A DNA stretch of 64,000 nucleotides from NCBI GenBank assembly GCA_951406725.2, contig OX597816.1, forward strand, positions 118,916,001-118,980,000, written 5' to 3'. Positions 41,285-54,034 of this stretch are shown one piece after another (position 1 is the first letter of the stretch; every line of letters begins with the position of its first letter). Below the pieces are notes generated by a model that did not search any database, had not been told where the DNA came from, and saw nothing but the letters and a program-made list of their open reading frames with translations. This stretch comes from Octopus vulgaris (Eukaryota). Made by a program: the position numbers and the translations under genes.

Positions 41285-41750
41285 TTAAATGATAAACTTC
41301 TGGGAAGTTCTACAGATTGTTACAGTTCCAGTGATGGCTTGGCTCTGTAGTCTTCGAAACCAGCTTTCTCCTTTATGGTTTTGAGAAGCCTATTTTCTCA
41401 AGATTGGTATTTAGGCAGTGTGTTACATATCCCAGTGCCCCAATAATTACAGGTATAAACCTGAACTTGTAATCTGGATAGAGTAGCTGTAGATTCCTCA
41501 ATGGTTCAGCATAGCTATTTTCTTTTTCGCTGATCTTTAGCTTTAGTTTCACATCCGCTGGGCAGCTGATTTCCACAACTGTACACAGTTTCTCTTCTCG
41601 ATCCCAAATTACTATATCAGGTCCATTATGTTTATATTTTATTGAGATTTTCACTGGGGTCATTCCACCAGTACTCCTTTTTATTATGAGTGGCTCTGGC
41701 TTCTGCTATACTGTAGGTTCTTTCTTTAGCCTTGGGGTTATCCTTCCTAT
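41285..41750 (-). mobile_element. 3' end of an RLE-class LINE (R4/Dong/NeSL-like restriction-like endonuclease)
   Basis: KHNGPDIVIWDREEKLCTVVEISCPAD...EKENSY...IPVIIGALG matches the PD-(D/E)xK RLE signature. Confidence 0.85.
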
Positions 41751-41838
41751 GTAAGTATGTATGTATGTATGTATGTATGTATGTATGTATGTATGTATGT
41801 ATGTATGTATGTATGTATGTATGTATGTATGTATGTGT

Positions 41839-42157
41839 GAAGGCGCATGGCTCTGTGGTTAGAGCATCGAGGTTGTGAGTTCGAATCCCCGACCGGGCTG
41901 CGTGTTGTGTTCTTGAGCAAGACACTTTATTTCACGTTGCTCCAGTTCACTCAGCTGTAGAAATGAGTTGCGACGTCACAGGTGCCAAGCTGTATCGGCC
42001 TTTGCCTTTCCCTTGGATAACATCGGTGGCGTGTAGAGGGGAGGCCGGTATGCATGGGCGACTGCTGGTCTTCCATAAACAACCTTGCCCGGACTTCTGC
42101 CTCGGAGGGTAACTTTCTAGGTGCAATCCCATGGTCAGTCATGACCGAAGAGGGTCT
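41839..42157 (+). mobile_element. Full-length tRNA-headed Meta/MESC-like SINE, family C1, inside (TATG)n
   Basis: A box TGGCTCTGTGG, B box GTTCGAATCC, core TGTGTTCTTGAGCAAGACACTTTA...CACTCAGCTGTAGAAATG. Confidence 0.9.
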
Positions 42158-42361
42158 CAGCATGTATGTATGTATGTATGTATGTATGTATGTATGTATG
42201 TATGTATGTATGTATGTATGTATGCATGTATGTGTATGTTATGTATGTGTGCGCACGTGTATGTGTGTATGCATATGCATGTCTATGTATAGGAATATTT
42301 AAAAATGACAAAACTCATTGCGGGTGAATAAGTAGATATAAATTAAAACATCCATCCATCT

Positions 42362-42672
42362 ACATTATTTACATTATTTATATTTGACGAATATGCTCAC
42401 GGGCATATGGCGTAGTGGTTAAGAGCGCGGACTACTAACCCCAAGATTCCGAGTTCGATTCTAGGCAGTGACCTTAATAGTAACAATAACATCAAAAATA
42501 CCTTAGGAATGAGAACCCAGGTTCAGAATTTTCCCAAGACACCTGATGAAGGCTGGAGAGTATATCAGCTGAAACGTTGTGTTAACAACAAACAAGATGA
42601 GGACAAATATCCGTTAAATATAAATAATGTAAATAATGTACATAATTCCTCATCTCTTAAATCTAGAACTGT
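42362..42672 (+). mobile_element. Non-autonomous element with tRNA-like head, hammerhead and inverted terminal copy
   Basis: A box 42408-42418, B box 42451-42461, HHR 42538-42583, 34-bp inverted repeat 42361-42394 and 42607-42640, flanking direct repeat ATCCATCCATCT. Confidence 0.75.
42538..42583 (+). ncRNA. Minimal type I hammerhead ribozyme motif
   Basis: GACAC-CTGATGA-A-GGCTGG AGAGTATA TCAGCT-GAA-ACGT-T-GTGTT. Confidence 0.72.
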
Positions 42673-42831
42673 ATCCATCCATCTGTCTGTCTGTCTATAT
42701 ATGCGTATGTATGTATGTATGTATGTATGTATGTATGTATGTATGTATGTATGTATGTATGTATGTATGTATGTATGTATGTATGTATGTATGTATGTAT
42801 GTGTGTGTCGTGCATGTCGTGCATGTGTGTG

Positions 42832-42890
<59 letters not shown>

Positions 42891-43168
42891 CCCTGGCCAA
42901 CAGACACAGTAGGCTAATGTTATTTGCTTTAATATTTCAATTCCCTCTGATTTCATCTCGATCTGTTTCTTCGCCGAAATTTCCAAGATTTAATTTGTTA
43001 AAGTAAACAACATTCACAATGAAATTCAACACTTAATGTTTATGTTTAGTAAGATAAACATTAGGTAAGTAAATAAACAAGCAGAAATCTACAGGAAGCT
43101 GGGTAGATGGGTTGATCGATCGATAGATATATAGAGGGATAGGCAGATAGATGGGTAGATAAATATAC

Positions 43169-43221
<53 letters not shown>

Positions 43222-44121
43222 CATAGATAGATAGATAGATAGATACATAGATAGATAGATGGTCTTATGGATATAGCTATATGGTGTTTGAGACATTCTT
43301 ATAAATGTATGTATGCATATACATATTTTAATTGATAGATACGTTTGAAGGTGTATACATACACAAAAGGAGATAGTTATTGCATATGTATGTCTGTGCG
43401 TATATACATATATACATACATATCTCTCCATATATATATATATATATATACATGGATATATGTGTGTGTATACACACACACACATGTATGTATCTGTATG
43501 CATATATGTATAAGTATGTATCTATATATGTATGTATGTGTGTGTGTGTGTGTAAAGATATTGCATGAATATATAAATACACACACTTCTCAACACATAT
43601 TTATTGTTCGCCTTACAGGTCTACAGGTCTTGAAGAGCACACAGTCAATGATAAGGTCACATCGTGTGACAAAAGAACTATGACAGGCTAATCAATTAAC
43701 TAACTATTCCACAGAGCACTTATATAATTGATTGCAAACAAAACTGAAGGGAAACATAATCAGTGCGTGTGCTTTTATTGCTTGTGTGACCTTTCCATAA
43801 CACAACAATATGATCTATTTATTAAGCTCAGCCTTGTTTATTTGTAATATTTATATCTGCACCACTTTTCGATGAGTTTGATCCTCTTCTGCTCTATAAA
43901 CAGTGATTCAAACTATAAGTTTTAATTTCTAACAAAGAGTAATAATAAAACTGTTACCTTCTAGGCAACTGTGGTATATAGATGTGTCAATGGCAAAACA
44001 TATTGCTATCTACGCTTAATTTAATTATTCCTTGTTCGAATCTAGTTTGGAAATATGTACACATCAAGTAGTGTCTATTTGATAAAATTCGGAGAGATAA
44101 CATTCGAAAAATGGGGGATAC

Positions 44122-44455
44122 TTTTTTACTCTTTTACTCTTTTACTCTTTTACTTGTTTCGGTCATTTGACTGCGGCTATGCTGGAGCACCGCCTTTAGT
44201 CGAGCAAATCGACCCCAAGACTTATTCTTTGTAAGCCTAGTACTTATTCTATCGGTCTCTTTTGCCGAATAATTATGTACCAACCTAATACATAATTATG
44301 TACCAACCTAATAGATAACGGGCTTCCACACAGTCTCCATCAACTGAATTTACTCATAAGGAATTGATTGTCTTACAACTATTGCAAAAGAAACTTGCCT
44401 CCTCTGCACTGTCGAATTTGACACCAAGTGGTTGAAAAGTGGATTTCTTAGCTGC
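44122..44455 (-). mobile_element. Family A SINE: young 3' half and degenerate 5' half
   Basis: 44122-44268 is nearly identical to 60051-60188 and has a (TTTTACTC)n tail. Confidence 0.8.
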
Positions 44456-45044
44456 ACAGCCAACATGGATTCGACTTTGCTTTTACATCCTTTTCGGGAT
44501 CGCTAAAATAAGTACCAGTTGTACATCTGAGCCAAAATTTGAAAGCAATATTAGCAAGGGGTAAAACCAATGGAGACATTGCTTTCTCGGTTCGATCAGA
44601 ATATATCGGTTCGAACGCGCTTTGCGACGCAATTGGCAACTATTTCTAATAGATGAAGAGACTACATAGGGGCACTCACGTTACCGAAAGTCCCCTAATA
44701 GAGGACTGTTAGCATACTGCCATCGCAGACCATGTTTTAGGGCTTTTATAGTAAGAAGCAAAAAAGGAGATAGGGAAGGGAGGAATAGACCGTCCCCTTT
44801 TTCTTAACAGAATGGATGACTAGAGAAAATAGGGGTGGAAGAGGAGGAGCATAAGTAAATTATTTGATAAACCTCACTTATTTACATCTTCTCCTCCGTC
44901 CCATTTCCCCGCCCTCCTCTTCTTCTCCCTCTTCTGGCTGACGTAGCGAAGTCATTTTTTCTATTCTAGAGGAAGTGGGATGACCTCTCTCTCTCTCGTC
45001 TCTTCTTTTTCTATGGTTTCTGTCAAGGGGAAAATCGTCTTTTA

Positions 45045-45206
45045 CCTCCTCCTCCCCCTCCACCTCCCCTCCTCCTCCTCCACCACCTCCCCTCCTCCTC
45101 CTCCACCACCACCACCTCCTCCTCCTCCGCCTCCTCCACCACCTCCTCCTCCACCCCCTCTTCTTCTTCCTCTCCCTCCCCTCCTCCTCCTTTTGGTAGG
45201 AAGGAG

Positions 45207-45291
<85 letters not shown>

Positions 45292-45910
45292 GTCTCTCCC
45301 TCCCAATCTCTGTCACTCTTTCTTATTTCTTTCTCTCTCCCGCCCCCTTCTCTTCCCTTCCTTTAACCATACTTGGTGAGAGAAAGCGCGGTGAGGCGGG
45401 GGGAAGAGAAAGAAACAAAAGGTTAGAAAGTGAAGTGTTGTCAAATGATATCACCGTTGCTCCTCCCTCCCTCCTCTCTCTCTTTCTCTCTCTCTCTACA
45501 GTGACGTATGGCTTCACTCACCCACCCGTACTTCTATACGACAGCCACTTCTTTCAGTTCCTCACTAAACAACTTGTCCAATGACAATCGCTCTCTGTCT
45601 TCCTTCACATTATCACCACCAGTTATTCCGCCATTCCCGTCTTCTCTTGTCTCTGTTGTTGTAATCATCATCATCATCCTCATCATCACCACCATCATCA
45701 CCTTCACAAACACCACCACCACCACCACCAAACACCCACCACCACCAAACACCCACCACCACCAAACACTCCACGCCCACCACTATCATTATCGTCAACA
45801 GCGACGTCGTCATCGTCATCGTCATCATCACATCATCATCACTAGCACTACCACCATCACCACCATCACTATCATCGTTAAAATCACCGACACCGACGTA
45901 GTCGTCATTG

Positions 45911-45941
<31 letters not shown>

Positions 45942-46002
45942 CTTCTTCTTCTTCTTCTTCTTCTTCTTCTTCTTCTTCTTCTTCTTCTTCTTCTTCTTCT
46001 TC
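45045..46002. repeat. (CCT/CCA)n, (TCTA)n, (CAT/CAC)n and (CTT)n tracts
   Basis: Directly visible. Confidence 0.9.
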
Positions 46003-46414
46003 CCTTTAATTGATTTTTTCCCCCTTTACATAAAAGTTACTTAGGAAAGGAAATGCATAAATTTCAATAATTCCCTACTTTCATAAAAAAAAAAAATTCT
46101 TACACAATTATCGATGACCTTTTCCATTGTCATTTGATCTGTAAGAAATAGCAGCCAAATCTCTCTTATATAATACTATATATAGTCTCTTAAATCAACA
46201 AAATAAACAGTGAACGTGATTAGAACGCCTTTGAGCATAGCTCTGTTGGATCAGGGCAAACATCGGGTTAACTAACAGCCACAGCATCAGTCATTCGTGA
46301 CCGAAGGGGGTCTTTATCCTTTATATGCTAAATAACTTACACACATCAATTAAGAGCTGAATTTTTCCAAGGTAAAATTTCCCCACACGCTGTTGACATT
46401 TAAGATGAATAGAG

Positions 46415-46845
46415 GGTGGCTAGTTGGCAGAATCGTTAGCACGCCGGGCAAAATGCTTAGCGACATTTCGTCCGTCTTTACGTTCTGAGTTCAAATTTCA
46501 TCAAGGTCGATTTCACCTTTCATCCTTTCAGGATCGATAAAATAAGTATCAGTTGTACATTGGGAGGGGACTTAGCCGCTTCCCTGAAATTTCCGGCCTT
46601 GTGCCAAAATCTGAAACCGATACTAAAGATGAATAGTAGCTGTGGCAGAGCCGTTAAGAAGCCGGACAAAATGCTTAGCGGCATTTCATTCGGATCTTTA
46701 CGTTCTGAGTTCAAACTCCACCAAGGTCGAATTTGCCTTTCACCCTTCCGGGATCGACAAAATAAGTCCCAGTTGAACACAGGGGGTCGATGTAATCGAC
46801 TTACCCCCCTCCGAAATTTCCGGCCTTTGCCAAAATTTGAGATCA
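46415..46845 (+). mobile_element. Tandem pair of family B SINEs
   Basis: Two consecutive head, core and tail units. Confidence 0.85.
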
Positions 46846-47303
46846 GTATTAATCCTTGGCCCGTCCAAATCATTTTCATAAGTTCGTACAAAACGTCCAT
46901 GCTTGTTTTTGGACTTTTCGTAGACCTTTTGGTTTACGCATTCTGAGCAATTATATAACGGTTCCCTAATAATAACTGCTAAGTTATTCTGATAGTTGGA
47001 AAAAATTGAGGTTGTGTATCACATTTGATGCAGGATACCAGGGAAATATGCCCTGGTTGTCACGTGTGATACACAGGACAAGCAAAGGAATTAACAGCCA
47101 CAGTTACTTTTCCTTTTTAGTTTAAATATTATTTGAACATCTGGTTCCGTATCATTTTACATCTCTGACAATTTTAGAAATTCTACTAAGAAGATGATTC
47201 GAAATTTAAGTCCTTCAGCCATTCGTTTCTCAATCAAAGACACAGGATCAAGATAATTTAGACTTCATAGTTCCAACCGTAAAAAGAAAAGAAAAGAAGT
47301 TGA

Positions 47304-47425
47304 AGGCGCTGGAGTGGGTGTGTAGTTAAGAAGCTTGTGTTCCAATCACTTGGTTTCGGGTTCAGTCTCATTGCATATTGGATAAGTGTCTTCTATTATA
47401 GCCCCAGAACTGCCAAAGGCTTATG

Positions 47426-47494
<69 letters not shown>

Positions 47495-47630
47495 GTGTGT
47501 GTGTATAAATACCAGACTTAAAGAAAAAATATCTAAGTACTGGGTTCAATTACTTCGATTAAATCATTCAAGGCAGTGCTCTAGCATGGTCGTAGTCAAA
47601 TAAATGAAACAAGCGAAAGAAGATGAAAGA
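47304..47630 (+). mobile_element. Internally deleted family A SINE
   Basis: Head AGGCGCTGGAGTGG... and tail GCATGGTCGTAGTCAAAT...GAAACAAG. Confidence 0.7.
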
Positions 47631-47924
47631 TACAAACACGCACACATGCACGCATACACGCACGCACATACACGCAGGCATGCACACACAGCACGCGCGC
47701 GCAGATTTATACAGAGTCACTTCGATTGGAATATAGCAAATAACAATTCTGAGTTTCAGAGTTAGCTGTGGCTCTTTGTCCTATCAAAATTATTTCCCTT
47801 TCTATTATTTTCCATTTTCTAACGATATTTATTTCTTACATTGGCACAAGACCAAAACATCGTACGAGAGTGGGAGAATGAAATTAAAATACTATGAGAT
47901 ATATTGACCGACTCTAGTTTGATG

Positions 47925-47957
47925 TATATGAATATCAAACTCGTGTGTGTGTATGTA

Positions 47958-48001
<44 letters not shown>

Positions 48002-48034
48002 TACATACACACACACGAGTTTGATATTCATATA
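47925..48034. repeat. Perfect 110-bp palindrome centred on (TA)n
   Basis: TATATGAATATCAAACTCGTGTGTGTGTATGTAG-(TA)n-CTACATACACACACACGAGTTTGATATTCATATA. Confidence 0.92.
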
Positions 48035-48038
48035 TATA

Positions 48039-48237
<199 letters not shown>

Positions 48238-48269
48238 ACAAGAAAAAAGCAACAAGAATGGATCAGTAG

Positions 48270-48356
48270 TTTAGTACAATTGTTTCATACTAAGAACATT
48301 TTATTTAAAGCTGCAAATATTACAGCAAATATAATGTCAAGTATTCATCAGCTAAA
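48270..48356 (-). ncRNA. Hammerhead ribozyme motif (inverted copy)
   Basis: TTTAG-CTGATGA-ATACT...AGTAT-GAA-ACAATTGT-A-CTAAA with a perfect stem I. Confidence 0.78.
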
Positions 48357-50549
48357 TCACATATATGTTTTTCAAACATCCTAGAGAGTGTAAATATCCT
48401 TATCTAGATAAATCTAAAAAACATACAAATAAAAGTAATATGAATAATAACTCTCGTGGGATCAGTAATAATTCAACTAACCCTAACTCTAATTTAAGAA
48501 AATATAATAACGAAAATATAATCTGGTTGAATGTTCCTTTCAACTGCGCGATCTTATCGGATATATACGGCAGATTCAAATCAATACTAGAAAAAAAAAT
48601 TCCAGCCTCTCATAAATATCATAGAATAATTTCTAAGAGAACGGTTAGGATTTCTTACTCAACCCTCCCAAATATGTCCACTATAATAGCTAGAATTAAT
48701 AATAAAAACATTAAATCAGCCAGGAGTAATAAGACTAATATCAACATGAATACCAATAATAATTGTAATAATAGTATCATAAATAAAAATAAAAATAATA
48801 ACAATAATAATAATTATCAAAATAAGAGCGGCATCAACAGAAATGATATAACTAATATTAATAGGAATAATAATAATGGCAATAATATGGGCAATACAAA
48901 TAGAAATAATATCGGGAATGAAGATAACAATTATATCTATAGCAGTAATAAGCATTCAGATACAAATACAAACAATAATTATAGCAATACCAATAATGTT
49001 GGTAATTGTGATATGGCTATGGTAGATCTAAATGATAGTGTAAACGGATCGATAAATAGTGACCCAACTTCAGATAACAATATTACCTATAATAACGAAA
49101 ATAATACTCATAATAATTTGAATAGCAGCAATGTGAGAGATCTTCCCTTAAATAATTCTAAATCTGAAAATTATCCCCCTAGTTGCAATTGTAGGATTAA
49201 GTCAAAATGTCCGGCATCTGGTCGGTGTGGGGTCCATAATGTAATCTATAAATGTACTATAACAACTTCGAATAGTAAATTTTTTTATCTGGGTTGTACT
49301 ATAAATTTTAAGCAGAGAATTAGCAATCATCTCTCCTCTTTTAGGTTAGATCATAAAGCTGGTTGCACCACACTTTCCAGTAAAATTTAGGAACTCAAAA
49401 CTAATAATATTAAATATAACCTAAAATGGGAAATAGTTAGAAAGGCAGTACCTTATAGAAATAATAGGGTGGGTTGTCAACTCTGTTCCATGGAGACATA
49501 TGAGATTCTAAAGCATAGAAAAAATAAAAATCTACTGAATAACCGCATAGAGTTAGGCCTTTCTTGTATTCACTCAAAAATCAAAACTCTAAAATATTTT
49601 AAATTGAAATTTGTAGGTTCTCCCACTGGTGTTCTTTCTAACTGTACCTTTTTAATATATAAATAAATAGTATTTGTACTATGCTAACTTTTAACTGACT
49701 TTATAGTCAATTTAATTAACCTTACTTAAATCATATAAATTGCTAATCTTTCTTAATTCTATTCTAAATTTTAATATGTAATACTATTCCCTTAATGATA
49801 CATATAATTTTCACTATAAATTTTGATTAAGTAAAGTTCCCCTACTATTTGCTATTGAACTTATTTGACCTCTAGATGTCGACCTAAATTCTTTCTTACA
49901 ATATATAAACATAAGTTAAAATAGAAACAATAATAAATAAATAACCTTCTATTCTAGTGTTATCCTTAACTTTCTTACTGTATCTTCCTCTACTGATAAC
50001 TTATGACCCCTTTAATATTTTCCTTAGATCTCTCTGTATTCTTTATCCCACCATTAACTCTGTGAATTTCTCAGTTCAGAGCTGGCGGTGGTCAAACCTA
50101 CTGTTATTTTTTGAATTTAAGATTCCTTCAACACTGACCTAGATCTTCTGTCACCACAGAAATAGACTAACCTTTGTCTGTGGTATCTTTATTCCCTCTT
50201 ACTCCCCCACTCCTTTCCTCCCATAATGTCCTTTACTTTGGCTAAACCTACCTCGCTGTCTTTCTTGCTACTATAAAATTCTGTCTGCAACAGTTATATG
50301 TGAACTGAACCGGTGTGTGACCAGTATCTTTCCTCATGTCTCCTGGAACTTATATCTGCATCTTTATGGATGGATTTACCTTCTCTGAGAAGTTAATAAT
50401 CATTTTTTAAACTTTTTAAAAAAAATTGTGCATTATTGGAAAACATATAAAGTCTGCTTATAATCTTACTTCAAATTCATAGAACTCACTCCTAATACTT
50501 CATAAGGATATTTGACACTCTCTAGGATGTTTGGAAAACATATATGTGA

Positions 50550-50636
50550 TTTAGCTGATGAATACTTGATATTATATTTGCTGTAATATTTGCAGCTTTA
50601 AATAAAATGTTCTGAGTATGAAACAATTGTACTATA
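50550..50636 (+). ncRNA. Hammerhead ribozyme motif with extended stem II
   Basis: TTTAG-CTGATGA-ATACTT..GCTGTAA TAT TTGCAGC..GAGTAT-GAA-ACAATTGT-A-CTATA. Confidence 0.75.
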
Positions 50637-50976
50637 CTACTGATCCATTCTTGTTACTTTTTTGTTGGTTATAATCACCTCACATAATTTTATGGCTAAT
50701 ACCATAAAGAATTCTGGTGCATCTAAGTTAAGTACCATATTCATTTGAATTCATTTGAATTCATTTGAATCTTAATTGTTTTGCTGAAATTATATATATA
50801 TATACATATATATATATATGCTCAAAATGAGGAGTAGACAGACAGCCGACAACTGATGAACGGTCCTTTCTCTGTTTACTTGTCCTGTTTTCTATTTTTC
50901 CTCGTTTTATACATATTTAACTCGTTTGTTTATGTATTTCCTGTTATTTGCACCGTTAGTGATGTCTTATACATAC

Positions 50977-51051
<75 letters not shown>

Positions 51052-51056
<5 letters not shown>

Positions 51057-51732
51057 GTAGTAACAGAAAAGAGGAATTTCGGTTTTCCCCACGTGGTGGA
51101 TTGTAATGTATATAAGAAAAATAAAAACGGAAAATACGCACACTTACATGGTTATAGTATAATTTTTAATGTATCGACCGGTTTCGCAATCGCTATTCAT
51201 GATACAATGTTTAATTTATATGAAAATATATTTTTTCTTAAGAAGAAAATGGGTCCATGTTGTTTATAATGAGATTCACGAGTGAATGATTTTACAAGTT
51301 GACAAGTAAAGGGAGGTAATTGGTTGTTATTATTGTTATTGTTGTCTATAAGGGAGATAACTGTTAAAATATGTGTACAGAAGGGAGATAGGTTTAAAAA
51401 AGGGGGCTTTGTTTAGTAGGGGATTTATGTACAGTAATGTAATATGTAAGAATATAAAAATTGGTTATGCGTGCTTATTCAGACGCGTTTTGTATTTTTC
51501 AATGAAAAAAGTTTCTTTATTTAAGCGTTCTAGTTGAGAGATTGTGTCTTTGCACTGGTAGAAAGGGAAGACTGTAAAATTTGGTTTGATGTTACCTGGA
51601 CATTTTTCTGTGTTCACTAAGAGGGATTTGTCTCGTATTGCGGGAAACGGATTTGATCCTTATGCAGAGTAATTCTCTTCCTCAAACTTAAACTCGTTTG
51701 TCCAATGTACTGATGACTGCAACCCGAGCAGG

Positions 51733-51735
<3 letters not shown>
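51052..51735 (-). mobile_element. Short 3' fragment of a Neptune-type PLE (GIY-YIG and 3' UTR) inside (TA)n
   Basis: ITCSGCSHQYIGQTSLSLRKRITLHKDQIRFPQY is homologous to the 28963-29424 peptide. Downstream minus-strand peptides include FPFYQCK and ETFFIEKYK. Confidence 0.85.
51170..51206 (-). ncRNA. Minimal hammerhead ribozyme, A3-U8 core variant
   Basis: Minus strand: TGTATC-ATGAATA-GC GATT GC-GAA-ACCGGT-C-GATACA, with a GUC site. Confidence 0.75.
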
Positions 51736-51822
<87 letters not shown>

Positions 51823-52377
51823 TATATACTATTTACCATTTATTATATACACGTTTATGAATTTGTGTTGCAAGATTCCTGATGTGAAACCCTGTGTTGA
51901 AACAGATACTGTTATATTTTGGGACGGTCACTTTTTTTTGCCAAATAAATACACGCACCATATATTCGTTCTTCACTTGTTTATTACAGTTCTTATTTCA
52001 TCTTATGTCCATCTTATCAATTACGTTATCAGCAGTTTCGATTACGTTTTCGTCTATATCTATTTCGTCATCATCGTCAGCTTTAATTTCGTCGTCGTCA
52101 ACTGAAAAATCTTTTTTGTAATCTGAAGCGATTTCTTTTCTTTATGAACATGTGATTACTTGTCGCAGAATTGTAAAAGAACACCAACATTAATGTTTTT
52201 TAACGGATTACAAATTTCGTATTTAAAAATTGTCGCATCTTACATTACTGTCAATATGTTTTCTACTAAAGGTACAAAACCTGAAATTTTGAGGGGGGTA
52301 GTTTAGTCGGTTACATCGATTCCAGTGCTCAACTGGTACTTATTTTATCGACCTCGAGAGGAATTTGGGGTCAGAAT

Positions 52378-52378
52378 G

Positions 52379-52420
<42 letters not shown>

Positions 52421-52436
52421 CACCACCACCACCACC

Positions 52437-52508
<72 letters not shown>

Positions 52509-52575
52509 ACTGCTACTGCTACTGCTGCTGCTACTGCTGCTGGTGATGATGATGATGATGATGATACTGCTGCTG
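52378..52575. repeat. (TAC)n(CAC)n(TGC)n(GAT)n compound microsatellite after a partial family B SINE (~52260-52377)
   Basis: Directly visible. Confidence 0.9.
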
Positions 52576-54034
52576 CGTTTTTCATTTTGTTCATTTTACC
52601 GCCTGAAAATTGTCAAAGTTTTGTACGTGTGTTTGTTGTACACAAACAATTATGTTCATTGTGTGAATATCTGCATATTCTTTCATATGTGCGCACGAAT
52701 ATATATGCATGCATGTTTTCTTGTACGCTTATGCGCGTTTTCTGTATGCGTGGATATGTATGTGTGTATACTTTCATTTATGAGTCTGTGTGCGTCTATG
52801 CGGTCACGTTCGTAAGTGCTGTCGCTGGTACGAGAGTAAAGAGCATGTTTCCTTCGAATGTCCAATCCCACGTGTATTCGTATGCATGAAAGCATAAATG
52901 TATGTATATATATATGTCCATGCATGCTCAGACAGAAAAGGAACAAACATATATGCACGCATGTATGCGCGCAGGCGTTCTTGCATGCACGTACGCACGC
53001 ACGCACAAATGCACTCTTTCGCGAAAAAATTTCCGACGCCCGGAGGTGATGATAGTATTATTGGTGGTGGAGGAAAGAGAATAAGACTAAGTAGCCACCA
53101 GACAATAGAGTATTATTAACACTGTTCATTAACGGACAACGACAGCAATGAGCTGAAAAGCCCACTTACTATTACCTTCTTTCCGTCTATTTCTCTTTAT
53201 CTCAAATACACACACACACACAGATCTTGACGTACATTTACAGACACGCATCGATGATGAACGAGCGTTTAATAACTAGCCACACAGCACCCACACTCAC
53301 ACACATCCTCCGAACATTTAACTCTATGGGTTGATTAAGAAAGAAAACTTTAGAAAAAGGGAGGTAACCAATTAGAGCACAGTTCAACCATATTACTCGA
53401 AAGCGCGAATTACTTTCACTTTCATTTTCGCTCGCACACGCTCGTTTTAATTACAGACATGCTAAGTTTTTCTTTCTGCTCATCATCCGTTTTAATGTTG
53501 ATACTTTATACGGATGTTTGCTAACGTTATATGTTATTATTTTTGCTGTTGTTGTTTAAGCTGTGTGTGTCATTTTTGTTATTGATGATGCTTTTGTTGT
53601 TGTTGTAGTTGTTATTGTTTATGTCCACTGTTGTCGTAATTGTTACAGTGTGTTGACGTTTGTATAATCAGTCAGTCGTTTAGCGAGTCTCCTTGTTTTG
53701 CTTTAACGTGTCGAAAGGAAGTCCCTACACAAGCATGCAAGCATGCATATATGCATAGCAAGCACATATACATACTTACATGTATGCGTACGAGCATGCG
53801 TGCATGCGTAGATATACACTGAAACGCACGTACTCATACATATAATTATGTATATGATCTTCAAAGTTACCGCCGTTATTACGACCATCGCTGTCACCAA
53901 ATACCATCAACATTTCCATTACCGTCATTACTACCATCACAACGAAACGCACCACAATCAACACCTCCGTTAACACCAACATCACTATCACCACCTCACC
54001 ACCAGTCTAAAACCAACACAACCAAAACAATTAG

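Noticed and set aside
42401-42474. Functional tRNA gene
   Set aside because: Acceptor and anticodon stems do not pair properly. Treated as a tRNA-derived head, like those at 25388, 41839 and 59748.
49388-49390. Recoded stop or selenocysteine in the Naiad ORF
   Set aside because: The stop is TAG at a position where Trp is expected (TGG>TAG). Conserved cysteines use TGT/TGC.
50853-50900. Hammerhead at CTGATGA
   Set aside because: No stem II/GAAA/NUH arrangement follows. The same applies to CTGATGA at ~9315 and ~58531 and the minus-strand one at ~6311.
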